Shown here one piece after another: positions 1-9,508 of a DNA stretch of 37,605 bases. The translations under genes were made by a program, and so were the position numbers. The stretch spans positions 1 to 37,605 of the forward strand of contig JAYZEG010000047.1 in assembly GCA_036337435.1 (NCBI GenBank), read 5' to 3'. Source of the stretch: Myxococcota bacterium (GTDB taxonomy: Bacteria; Myxococcota_A; Bradymonadia; UBA7976; UBA1532). The notes beneath the pieces are model-generated. The model did no database searches. It was given only the letters and a program-made list of their open reading frames with translations, and was not told where the DNA came from. Numbering within the stretch: position 1 is the stretch's first letter; each line of letters begins with the position of its first letter.

Positions 1-2
1 TC

Positions 3-3000
3 GGCAATCGGGATTGGGTACGCGAATTCAATACCTATTATCTACGGGCCCAAGACCGGCACGCAGATAACAATAACCCAATGAGCAATTACGACGTCCA
101 TGGGAGAATTTACGATACATACTGCCGTGACCATTCGGTGACGTGCAGCCGTGCAGGTGGCCGCCTGGCCCAGCCCATGGGGAACTTGGTGATGACGCCT
201 TCGATCTTCAACCCGAAGCCTGTTGCCATCGGCGAGGTGGCACCGGCTGAAGTGTCCGAAGGGTGCGCCGGTGGTAATGCCGGTGTTGTGACATTTGACC
301 ACACGGGGTCATTTCATCCGAATCCGGAAAGTCGCATTGTCGCCTATCGGTGGGACGTAAACGCCAACGATGGGCTGTGGTGGGAAGGCGATGGTGATCC
401 TGATTTCGAAACGCCTGACGAAAATGACAACTTTTCGGAAACCTTCGAATTCACATATCCGACTCGAGGGAACTACACGGCGACCCTGCAGGTGGTCGAC
501 AGCATTGGACAAACCAAAACGACAACCGTCTCCATTCGAGTCAACCCAGCACAAAACGTGGCTCCAGCTGCCGCTCACGGTGGTCCATACGTTTTAGAAC
601 AAGGGTCCAACCTGGAGCTCAATGGCTCGGGTAATGACCAGAATATCGGCTGTGGAGACAATATCAGTATTGCGTGGGACCTCGACAATGATGGCAATTA
701 CGACGATGCACAGGGGGCGACACCTACGATCGCATGGAATTTCTTTCAGAACTTTCCGGTCGAACAACCACGAGTTGTTCGGATTCGTGTCACCGATGAT
801 GCAGGTGCCAGTGCCACCGCCGAGACCACATTGACCATCTACCCCAGAGATCCGGTTGCTGTCGCGACAGCTCAGCCAAACCCAGCCGCTTGCCAGCAGG
901 ACATTACCTTCGTCGGCACGGCGAGCTACCATCCAAACCCTCAACGCTCCATTTCAAACTACGATTGGGATGTCGATGGTCAAGCCGGTTTTGAGGGGGC
1001 CAGTGAGCGGTTCACCTACGCCTACGACCGATTCGGGGATTATCAAGTTACGCTGCGCGTCACAGACGACTTGGGTCGGACTCATAGTACGCAAATCGAC
1101 GTGGCCGTGAATCAAGGGAATCGTGCGCCTGTCGCGCGGATTGCCGACGCCAACTACGTGGTCCTAGAAGGCGACGACTTGGTGCTCGATGGGCGCGGCT
1201 CGTCAGACGATGATGGACCCTGCGGGGATTCGATCGTCGAATACGCCTGGGACATTAACGGAGACGGAGACTTCGACGACGCTGGAATCGATGTCACGGG
1301 TGCCAATCCAACAGTGCCTTGGGCTGTGGTCGAGGCCAACATGGATGGCCCAGCCAACCGGGATACGGGTCTTCCCAACAATACGGTCACGCTTCGAGTG
1401 CGGGACAGCTTTGGAGCGACCCACACAGCGACGACCACTGTTGCCCGCTACACAGCCAGGCCAACAGCGATTGTGGTCCAGACACCTAATCCAGCGGCCA
1501 TCGGCCAACGCACAGGCGTTGCCAACGTGACCCTGGATGGCCGCGAGAGTTTCAGCCCTGTACCGGGCAACACCATCGCCAGTTACGAATGGCTTTTCGA
1601 TCCCGACAATCCACCCGTTGACGGAGCAGCCGTAAACGCAGATTCGACGGATGCAGTCGATAATTTCCAACGAGTTTTTGACCTGCCGTTGCAAGATGGT
1701 CAAATTCCGCCGGTTCAAGCTTATCTGCGGGTGACCGACAACACGGGCCGCCAGAGTTTGTGGGTCCGTTATGATATCAGCTACGATATCCCACCAACAC
1801 CGCCGACAGCTGATGCTGACCCAACGGACCCACCGGAAGGCCAGTACCACATTCTTATCGGTGAAAGCGTCATCTTAGATGGCTCCCAATCCTCTGACCC
1901 AGATCCTGAGGATTTTGTCAGTGCCTATCGCTGGGACATCGACGCGAATGACAATTTTACTGCTGACGTGACTCAGCTAGACGAAAACGGCGACGGTGCG
2001 GAGGCCCGAGTTGAAATTTCAGCTGCTGATTTGAGTGGCTTTGGTGTCGATGCCGCTGGCAACTACCCCATTACCCTTGAAGTGACGGATGGCTTCGGTC
2101 AAACGGGCACCGACACGAGTGTCTTGCACGTTTATGAAGTTGAACCCGTCGCTGCATTTACCATCAACCCGAACCCCGTTGCCTGTAATGCGCAGATTAA
2201 CCTGGATGCCAGTGCTTGTTTCCACCCTCACCCAGACATTGAGATCACGTCTTGGGAATGGGATATGAATGGCAATGGCCGTTATGACGATGCAATGGAC
2301 ACGGTTGGTCGGCAAACCACCATGCGCTTTACGCAATTCACATTTGGCAATGACAATGTGATCGGCCTCAGGGTGACGGACAGTCGAAATAATACCAACG
2401 AAATGACAGCGACTGTGGCCGTAACGGAAGGCAACCGCGCCCCGGCGGCGAACGCAGGCGGTTTCCGCGATGCTGATGGTGCTGTGGTTGGGCCCTACGC
2501 CATTGCTGTCGGCGAGTCTTTAACACTGAATAGCGATGGGACGAGCGATCCAGACTCGGCGTGCGGCGACGCCGTTGTGGCACTGAGCTGGGACCTCGAC
2601 CGAAATGGGGTTGAGGACGCCAACGAAGCGGCTCCCCAGTTCACTTGGGCGCAACTCAACGACCTCGGAATCAACGGGGCTGGTGAGTACGAAATTCAGC
2701 TCACCGCGACGGACCGCTTTGGAGCAACAGGCACGGCGACAGCGCGACTTTTGGTCGTCGATGGGCCCAATGCTGTGGCGACGGCAACACCGAATCGGAC
2801 GGGTTGCTCAAATAACGTGACCTTCTCCGGTAGCAACAGCACAGTAAATGGTCCGGGCGGCCAGGGCTTCGCTATTGAACGGTACGAATGGGATTTCGAC
2901 GGGGATGGCGTCTATGACGACGCAACCGGTGAGAACGTCACGCGAGCCGCGGTGGCTCTACCAGACAATAACAACCAGATCGTCATGTCGGCGTCATTGC

Positions 3001-6000
3001 GCGTTGTTGACGAGGCGGGGCGAACCGGAACGACGACCGTTGAGGTCGCCATCGACTCACAGAATGTACCACCCATCTCGGACGCAGGCGGCCCATACAC
3101 CACCGGCCCGACCAACAACGGCTTTTTGGCCGTCCGACTGGACGGACGTGGATCGAGAGATCCAAACGCACCCTGCGATGAAATCGTGACCTACAAATGG
3201 GATACAGATGGCGATGGACTCTACGGCAGCGACGACAATCCGCCAGACCGCGAAGGGGCGATCGTCGACAACTACACAAGCGGTGAGTGGCAAATCAACA
3301 CCGTTCAAACAATTCGATTGATCGTCTGTGACAGGCAGGGCTCTTGCTCGCCTGCAAGCGAGGCTGAGATCGCTGTTCTTGACGAAGCACCGCCACAAGG
3401 TGAAGTGATCTCACCTCGGGCCACAGATAACCCATGTTTTGGGAATGCACCGTTCACTGTGAGCGTGTCGGTGAGTGACCCGGCTGGAGACCGAGTCACG
3501 GTTTCAATTTTTATCGCGGGTGAGGAAGTCGCGAGCCGGGCGGTGGATACCCCCGACAACGGAGCACCTGTGCAAGTTGATCTCGAAGTCGACCCACGCA
3601 ACGTGGTGCCTGAGGGTCGTCAGACCATCGACGTCCTTCTAGAAGATGACAATGGCGCGTCTGCGGAACTCACCGCAGGCGGCCGGATCTTGTTTGACAG
3701 AACAGCGCCTGAGGTGACCATCGGAAACGAACTGCGCGACGGGGTCTGCTATAACCCCAATCAGATTCCAGAGCCGTCCATCGACATTGTGGATGCCGAT
3801 CCAAACCCATCTATCACCCGTGCTGTTGAAGACGATGGGTGTGGTCGAACACTCCGCGTGACCGCGACGGATAGCTGCGGCAACGAAGGTGTCGGTACTC
3901 GTGATTACCTGATTGCTGAGCCGGTTAGTGTCGATATCGATGGGCCTGCGGACAATAGCTTAGTGCGTGCCGCTCAGGTCAGCTGGGATGTGGTGGGGCC
4001 CGATACCTGTGCATCCCGAATTGAAGCCACTCTCAACCGCGCGGGTGCAGCGTCGCAACCCTATAACGAAGGGGCTGAAATCAATGCTCCAGGCGAGTAC
4101 TCAGTGGCGCTCCAAATTGCAAACTGTAATGGGGCGACCCGAGGGCAGACCCGTTCATTTATCGTAAACGGTCCACCTGTCGCCGTAGCCATTACCAATG
4201 GGCATCCGAATGCTGTGCCAGGCGAAATCGCCTACGCAGCCACCGAAGGCGATGGACTTCAAGTCGATGGCTCGGAGTCCCGACCACCGGAGGCGGCTGA
4301 CAGCATTGTGGCCTATCGGTGGGATTGGGATGGTGACGGTGAGTTTGACGCAGAAGGCGTGAGGCCGAACTTCCCAACGGAAAACGACGGGATTTTTAAC
4401 GGTCGACTTACTGTCGAAGACAGTCTGGGGCTGACGGGAACACAAGCCTTTAGAGTCACCATAGCTGATGTAGACCCGGTCGCCGATGCGGGCGGCCCAT
4501 ATGTTGTGCCACAGGGTACGCCCATCGAGTTTGACGGTCGTGGCAGTCGGGCCGGCAGCGGTTCGGACCCCATTACGCGATACGAATGGGACTTCGATGA
4601 TGGCAGCGACCCGGGTGACGGCGTTCAACCGGTCCATACCTTTGTTGAAAATGGAACGTACAGCGTCAGGCTCACTGTCCACGATGAAGACAGCAGCAGC
4701 AGCGTCGTCGTACGGGTTGAAGTGCGCGATGTTGACCCGATTGTCGAAGGCATCGATGTACCGGAGCAGACCTACGAGATTGCGCGTATGCGATTCCAGG
4801 TCAATGCACAACCGGGTGCGCCGGGGGACCCAATTACACGGTATGAATGGGACTTTGACGGTGATGGTGATGCGGAGGTTGCAGGGCCAAATGAATCGAC
4901 CATCGATCACCAGTTTCACGATGCGGGTACATACAACGGCATCGTGACGGTTCGAGATGGCGACTCCCTCTTTGACCAGCCGTTGACGACCGAAGTCCGT
5001 GAGATCACGATGCTTGAATTAATTCAATTTATCCGAGTCCGCGTCACCGAGGAAATGCAAGCTGCAGTCGCCGACGGCAACGTGGCTGACGTCATTCCGT
5101 TAGCAGGCACCGATGAGTATTTTGATAAGGCTGAATGGGGTGAAGAGAACGGATATACCGGTAATACTCTCTTGGCACTCAAGCCCATTGTGCAAGCACT
5201 CTCTTCGACTCATCGGAATGGCGTGAATTTTGGACTCGAACTCTGGGCAATGTCACGGCAGTTGCAACGTTTAATTCGTGATGAACGCGCGGTCTTAGAG
5301 GAACAAGGCCTTGGTGCGGATGACCCAAGCATGGCACGGGCTAACACGCAAATAGATGACTTCAATGCAATCTACTTGGAGCCCAATTTCAAGTCAGACT
5401 CGTTCGAAGCCAATGGTGGCCAGTTGACCAGCAATCTCCTGACATTGGCGACCGAAGCCTTCTACTGGCTCAAGGATGTTAGCGATCCATGCTACACCAA
5501 TGGCCGATTCCCAATTCCACAAGGGTTTGGGGACCCCGCAACCATTTCTGAAGCCGCCCAACCGGTTAATGTCCACGTGACCAATGCCATCGGCGGTCTT
5601 AGAGACGAAATGGTGAACTATCGAAATGCAGCAGGTGCGGCAGGTAACCCCGGACCAGGCGTTGAGCAAATGAGCTCAGCGGTCGATACGGTGGGGCCTA
5701 TTCTGACCGATGTTGCGAAATCGATTACATTCCCGTGTCCTGAGGGCACAACCTGTGTGACCGACCGGGAAGCCCTCGATATGGAGCTTGAAACGATGGC
5801 GTTGGTCAAGAACTTGACCGCAGCCGAGGTTCAAGGTGTTTGGGTTCGAAATTGGCAAGCGTGCCTGACCCATGCGCTTAAATTCCGTATCGAAATCTCG
5901 CTTCTCCGTGTCGAGTTCTTGTGCGGCGCGAACATTCCGTATGTACGCGAGGCAAGGGATGTTCAACGCATTGGCCTGGATATCTTTGACGAGGGTAACT

Positions 6001-6215
6001 ACCCCTTGGCACTGGAGTACTATGCTGATGACGAACGCCGATGCATGATGATCGACATTTACAATCGCTGCATCGTTCCGGAACCCGCAGCCTGGGTCGA
6101 GGACGGAGATGGAAACCGAGTCCCACCGGCTGTCTACGACCTTCCTGAGGTTTGTGAGGAGGAGGATGACGCTGCTGACGATGCCGCAAACGATGCTCCA
6201 GATGGAGCTCAGTAG
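3..6215 (+). CDS. Giant multi-PKD (Ig-like) domain surface/secreted protein, 5'-truncated by window edge
   Basis: The frame is open upstream of ATG 81 back to position 3 (GNRDWVREFNTYYLRAQDRH...), so the true start lies outside the window. About 13 repeats of PVA/AGGPY...(F/L)DGxxS...YxWD(F/L)DGDG...VTLxVTDxxG, the PKD signature with acidic DxDxDG loops. A distinct helical C-terminal ~400 aa and an acidic tail follow. Confidence 0.9.
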   Translation, partial: GNRDWVREFNTYYLRAQDRHADNNNPMSNYDVHGRIYDTYCRDHSVTCSRAGGRLAQPMGNLVMTPSIFNPKPVAIGEVAPAEVSEGCAGGNAGVVTFDHTGSFHPNPESRIVAYRWDVNANDGLWWEGDGDPDFETPDENDNFSETFEFTYPTRGNYTATLQVVDSIGQTKTTTVSIRVNPAQNVAPAAAHGGPYVLEQGSNLELNGSGNDQNIGCGDNISIAWDLDNDGNYDDAQGATPTIAWNFFQNFPVEQPRVVRIRVTDDAGASATAETTLTIYPRDPVAVATAQPNPAACQQDITFVGTASYHPNPQRSISNYDWDVDGQAGFEGASERFTYAYDRFGDYQVTLRVTDDLGRTHSTQIDVAVNQGNRAPVARIADANYVVLEGDDLVLDGRGSSDDDGPCGDSIVEYAWDINGDGDFDDAGIDVTGANPTVPWAVVEANMDGPANRDTGLPNNTVTLRVRDSFGATHTATTTVARYTARPTAIVVQTPNPAAIGQRTGVANVTLDGRESFSPVPGNTIASYEWLFDPDNPPVDGAAVNADSTDAVDNFQRVFDLPLQDGQIPPVQAYLRVTDNTGRQSLWVRYDISYDIPPTPPTADADPTDPPEGQYHILIGESVILDGSQSSDPDPEDFVSAYRWDIDANDNFTADVTQLDENGDGAEARVEISAADLSGFGVDAAGNYPITLEVTDGFGQTGTDTSVLHVYEVEPVAAFTINPNPVACNAQINLDASACFHPHPDIEITSWEWDMNGNGRYDDAMDTVGRQTTMRFTQFTFGNDNVIGLRVTDSRNNTNEMTATVAVTEGNRAPAANAGGFRDADGAVVGPYAIAVGESLTLNSDGTSDPDSACGDAVVALSWDLDRNGVEDANEAAPQFTWAQLNDLGINGAGEYEIQLTATDRFGATGTATARLLVVDGPNAVATATPNRTGCSNNVTFSGSNSTVNGPGGQGFAIERYEWDFDGDGVYDDATGENVTRAAVALPDNNNQIVMSASLRVVDEAGRTGTTTVEVAIDSQNVPPISDAGGPYTTGPTNNGFLAVRLDGRGSRDPNAPCDEIVTYKWDTDGDGLYGSDDNPPDREGAIVDNYTSGEWQINTVQTIRLIVCDRQGSCSPASEAEIAVLDEAPPQGEVISPRATDNPCFGNAPFTVSVSVSDPAGDRVTVSIFIAGEEVASRAVDTPDNGAPVQVDLEVDPRNVVPEGRQTIDVLLEDDNGASAELTAGGRILFDRTAPEVTIGNELRDGVCYNPNQIPEPSIDIVDADPNPSITRAVEDDGCGRTLRVTATDSCGNEGVGTRDYLIAEPVSVDIDGPADNSLVRAAQVSWDVVGPDTCASRIEATLNRAGAASQPYNEGAEINAPGEYSVALQIANCNGATRGQTRSFIVNGPPVAVAITNGHPNAVPGEIAYAATEGDGLQVDGSESRPPEAADSIVAYRWDWDGDGEFDAEGVRPNFPTENDGIFNGRLTVEDSLGLTGTQAFRVTIADVDPVADAGGPYVVPQGTPIEFDGRGSRAGSGSDPITRYEWDFDDGSDPGDGVQPVHTFVENGTYSVRLTVHDEDSSSSVVVRVEVRDVDPIVEGIDVPEQTYEIARMRFQVNAQPGAPGDPITRYEWDFDGDGDAEVAGPNESTIDHQFHDAGTYNGIVTVRDGDSLFDQPLTTEVREITMLELIQFIRVRVTEEMQAAVADGNVADVIPLAGTDEYFDKAEWGEENGYTGNTLLALKPIVQALSSTHRNGVNFGLELWAMSRQLQRLIRDERAVLEEQGLGADDPSMARANTQIDDFNAIYLEPNFKSDSFEANGGQLTSNLLTLATEAFYWLKDVSDPCYTNGRFPIPQGFGDPATISEAAQPVNVHVTNAIGGLRDEMVNYRNAAGAAGNPGPGVEQMSSAVDTVGPILTDVAKSITFPCPEGTTCVTDREALDMELETMALVKNLTAAEVQGVWVRNWQACLTHALKFRIEISLLRVEFLCGANIPYVREARDVQRIGLDIFDEGNYPLALEYYADDERRCMMIDIYNRCIVPEPAAWVEDGDGNRVPPAVYDLPEVCEEEDDAADDAANDAPDGAQ

Positions 6216-6238
6216 AGAACAAGTCAGGTAGTTTTGCC

Positions 6239-6266
6239 ACGCACGGCTGTCAACTCAGCCGTGCGT
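6239..6266 (+). terminator. Perfect 11-bp stem-loop after the PKD gene (terminator or 3' stabilising hairpin)
   Basis: ACGCACGGCTG-tcaact-CAGCCGTGCGT, 23 nt after the stop. No following U-tract, so its function is uncertain. Confidence 0.5.
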
Positions 6267-6399
6267 CAGCTAACCCCATTCTACGCGCTCGCAGTCAGTC
6301 AAATCTTGGCTAAGCCTTTATCTCGACGACCCTGGCGACGCGTAAATCGTCTCAACTCCTATGGACGTAGCCCTCTGAGATGTGTAGTGTGCCTCCGCT

Positions 6400-7560
6400 A
6401 TGGAACTTGGTCCAAATGTAACCGTCCTGAAGGACGATGACTGCACAACCTACCTGGTTGGGACGGCCCATATCTCTGAGAAGAGTGTGAGGGAAGTCCG
6501 AGACACCATCGAAGCGGTGCGCCCGGATTCGGTTTGTGTCGAGCTTTGCAAAACGCGCTACGATGCTATCCTCGATGAGAATCGATGGAAAAAACTCGAT
6601 ATCTTTCAAATTCTCAAACAGAAAAAAGTGCTATTTGTGCTCGCCAATCTGGCCCTCGCAGCCTATCAACGACGATTGGGCGAAAAACTCGGTGTTAAGC
6701 CCGGCGCTGAGCTGAAAGAAGCCATCGAGGCTGCCAATGATGTGGGTTCGGAAATTGTCCTTGTGGACCGTGATATACAGGCGACTCTTAAGAGAACATG
6801 GGCAAACCTGTCTCTTTGGAATCGGCTCAAATTAATGTCCGGCCTTTTCGGAGGCACGGCCGAAGAAGAAGAAATCACAGAGGAAGAACTCGAAAAATTA
6901 AAAGATCGAGACAATATTTCCGAGATGATGAAGGAATTCGCAGCCGAGCTTCCACAAATAAAGGAACCGTTGATCGATGAACGGGACCAATTTTTGATTT
7001 CGGCGATCGAGGATGCACCCGGTTCTGTGAAAGTGGCTGTTGTTGGGGCTGGACACGTGGAAGGCATGCTCGCTAACCGCGGGATTGGAGCTGACCGGGA
7101 CGCTCTCAGTGTGATTCCGCCCCGCTCTGTTTGGGTACCCCTGTTGAAGTGGTTGATTCCAAGTTTGATTCTGATCGCATTTTATTGGGGTTATCAAAAT
7201 AAGCCCGAAGGGACGCTCGAGCAGTTGATTCAAGCCTGGGTGGTTCCAAACGCCATCGGCGCAGCACTTTTGACAGCGATTGCTGGGGCCAAGCCTTTGT
7301 CTGTCATCGTCGCGACCATCGCCTCTCCCATTACATCTCTCAATCCGACCATTGGTGCTGGGATGGTCGTTGGGTTGGTTGAAGCTTGGCTGAGAAAACC
7401 GACCGTCGAGGATGCAGAAAAACTCGGTTCAGATGTGACCACGCTACGTGGGATGTACCGCAATCCATTTAGTCGAGTCTTGATCGTAGCGACCCTAGCA
7501 ACCCTGGGGAGTGCTTTGGGAGCCTGGATCGGAATGAGTCTCGTCTGGACTCATTTGTGA
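6400..7560 (+). CDS. TraB/PrgY/GumN family protein (pheromone-shutdown-like) with C-terminal TM helices
   Basis: YLVGTAHIS...RPDSVCVELC, KPGAE, DRDIQATLKR, LIDERD and VAVVGAGH motifs; hydrophobic C-terminus with SPITSLNP. Confidence 0.9.
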   Translation: MELGPNVTVLKDDDCTTYLVGTAHISEKSVREVRDTIEAVRPDSVCVELCKTRYDAILDENRWKKLDIFQILKQKKVLFVLANLALAAYQRRLGEKLGVKPGAELKEAIEAANDVGSEIVLVDRDIQATLKRTWANLSLWNRLKLMSGLFGGTAEEEEITEEELEKLKDRDNISEMMKEFAAELPQIKEPLIDERDQFLISAIEDAPGSVKVAVVGAGHVEGMLANRGIGADRDALSVIPPRSVWVPLLKWLIPSLILIAFYWGYQNKPEGTLEQLIQAWVVPNAIGAALLTAIAGAKPLSVIVATIASPITSLNPTIGAGMVVGLVEAWLRKPTVEDAEKLGSDVTTLRGMYRNPFSRVLIVATLATLGSALGAWIGMSLVWTHL

Positions 7561-7579
7561 GAGACTCAGACGGAACTTT

Positions 7580-8464
7580 ATGACTCGTCAGGAGAGATCA
7601 TTTGAGTGGGCTGTCGTCGGTATGGGCCGAGCGGGCCGCATTCGGATGCGATGCTTGAATGAAGCCGTCACCCGAGGCCATATTCATGCCTCGAGTCGGC
7701 GTGACCACACACATCACACTTTCGCCGATATACTGACCAACGATGCCATCAGAGGCGTTTTTATTTGTCGCGAGTCAGGGACACATCCCGATGATGTACG
7801 ACGCGCGCTCCATGCGGGCAAGCATGTTCTGGTGGAATACCCATTGGCATTCAGTCGAGAGGACGGTGAGTGTTTGTTCGACCTTGCTCGTAAAAACCAG
7901 TGTGTACTTCACGTTGGTTTTCTCGGTTTGTTGGATGGCTGGGCTGGAACAGTCAATGACATCATAAGGCAACACAAGCCGAGTTCGGCTGTTTATCGCT
8001 TCCAAGCTGGTTTTGGAGGCGTCCCCCAAGCAGATGTGGCAAACGGGCGTCTAGGGACGATGGTGCTGGCCAGAATTCAGCAATTGATCGCCTGGTTTGG
8101 TCAACTTCAGCTCGAAACGTACACGGCCGCTTATCTGGACCGCGGCGTTGTTGTTGAGGCTACTTTTCGGTCATTGACAGGCCAGTTAATCCGGTTCTCA
8201 GAATCGCGCCTGGCAGACCAGAAGCGAATTCGTTTTCTCACGTTGAAAACCCAATCTGGAGTGCTACTTGATGTACCTGCCTGGTACGGAGACCCACAGG
8301 TGTTCGCGACGGATACACGCTGCTTTATGGATCGGTGTTTTGGGAAAGCTCGAAATGGCAGCTGGATCGACGAGGAGGCTGTCTTGCACGGTTTATCTCT
8401 TGCGGAAGCCATTTCTAAGGGGCTAAATTCCAAGGATGAGCGGGTAGGTGCCCGTGATGTTTGA
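7580..8464 (+). CDS. Gfo/Idh/MocA oxidoreductase, biliverdin reductase A-like
   Basis: Rossmann motif VVGMGRAG; AGKHVLVEYP (EYP as in biliverdin reductases, where most family members have EKP); C-terminal segments resemble BVR-A. Confidence 0.8.
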   Translation: MTRQERSFEWAVVGMGRAGRIRMRCLNEAVTRGHIHASSRRDHTHHTFADILTNDAIRGVFICRESGTHPDDVRRALHAGKHVLVEYPLAFSREDGECLFDLARKNQCVLHVGFLGLLDGWAGTVNDIIRQHKPSSAVYRFQAGFGGVPQADVANGRLGTMVLARIQQLIAWFGQLQLETYTAAYLDRGVVVEATFRSLTGQLIRFSESRLADQKRIRFLTLKTQSGVLLDVPAWYGDPQVFATDTRCFMDRCFGKARNGSWIDEEAVLHGLSLAEAISKGLNSKDERVGARDV

Positions 8465-8499
8465 TTCCAGCGATGGATAGAATGCGGAGTGAATGACTC

Positions 8500-9504
8500 A
8501 TGGGCAAGATTGGCCGGAACGATCCATGTTGGTGCGGCAGCGGCAAGAAGTACAAGAAGTGTTGCTACGGTAAATTACCCATAGGGGGCGTCCAGACCAT
8601 GTCTAAATTACTGCCCGTCAAAAAAGGGAATTTAAGCCCGACTCGTTTGGTGCCTGCTCATATCGTTCGCCCGTCCTATGCGGAGACTGGCCGTCCGGCC
8701 AACGCCCGCTCTAGGAATGCGGTTCGAACGCAGGACGAGATAGAGAGAATGCGCGTGGCTGGCAAGGTTGCCAGAACTGTTCTCGATACCGTGCTGTTAT
8801 CCGTTCGAGTGGGAATTACAACCGACGAACTTGACCGGATTGCCCACGAAAAATGCATCGAACTGGGCGCGTATCCGAGTCCCCTCAACTACCATCATTT
8901 TCCGAAATCCATTTGCACCTCCGTCAACGAGGTCATTTGTCATGGAATTCCTGATGACCGTCCGCTCATGGATGGTGACATTGTCAACTGCGATGTGACC
9001 GTGTTTATCGAAGGCGTGCATGGCGACTGCAGCGAGACGGTCTTTGTTGGCAAGCCTGATCCACTGAGTATTCGATTGGTCAAGACAACCTATGAGTGCA
9101 TGATGAAGGCCATCGAGGCCGCCAAGGTTGGTGCCACGGTCAATGCTGTTGGCAAGACCATAGCACCCATTGCAAAGCGTGAGGGCTTTAGCATCGTTCG
9201 AGATTTTGCAGGTCATGGGATTGGAACTCAGTTCCACCAAGACCCACAAATCGTTCATTACCCCGACATTCGGCAAACACAGAAAATCGTACCCGGAATG
9301 ACCTTCACAGTCGAACCGATGATCAACGTGGGGACCCATCGATGCATCGTGTGGTCTGACGACTGGACGGCTGTCACCGCAGACGGCAAACGCAGTGCAC
9401 AGTTTGAACATACCGTCTTGATTACGAAAGATGGATTTGAGTTGTTGACGGCTGGCACAGGTCAACCGCACTTCATGCGCCAATTAGAGACGGGCTGGCC
9501 TTAG
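8500..9504 (+). CDS. map: Type I methionine aminopeptidase with N-terminal SEC-C zinc motif
   Basis: GRNDPCWCGSGKKYKKCC at the N-terminus; SICTSVNEVICHGIP, DIVNCDVT, HGD, GHGIG..FH, FTVEPMI and SAQFEHT metal-ligand motifs. Confidence 0.96.
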   Translation: MGKIGRNDPCWCGSGKKYKKCCYGKLPIGGVQTMSKLLPVKKGNLSPTRLVPAHIVRPSYAETGRPANARSRNAVRTQDEIERMRVAGKVARTVLDTVLLSVRVGITTDELDRIAHEKCIELGAYPSPLNYHHFPKSICTSVNEVICHGIPDDRPLMDGDIVNCDVTVFIEGVHGDCSETVFVGKPDPLSIRLVKTTYECMMKAIEAAKVGATVNAVGKTIAPIAKREGFSIVRDFAGHGIGTQFHQDPQIVHYPDIRQTQKIVPGMTFTVEPMINVGTHRCIVWSDDWTAVTADGKRSAQFEHTVLITKDGFELLTAGTGQPHFMRQLETGWP

Positions 9505-9508
9505 ATCG

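Noticed and set aside
6400..7560. TraB as evidence of a conjugative element
   Set aside because: The TraB/PrgY family is commonly chromosomal, and no relaxase, T4SS or integrase gene is present.
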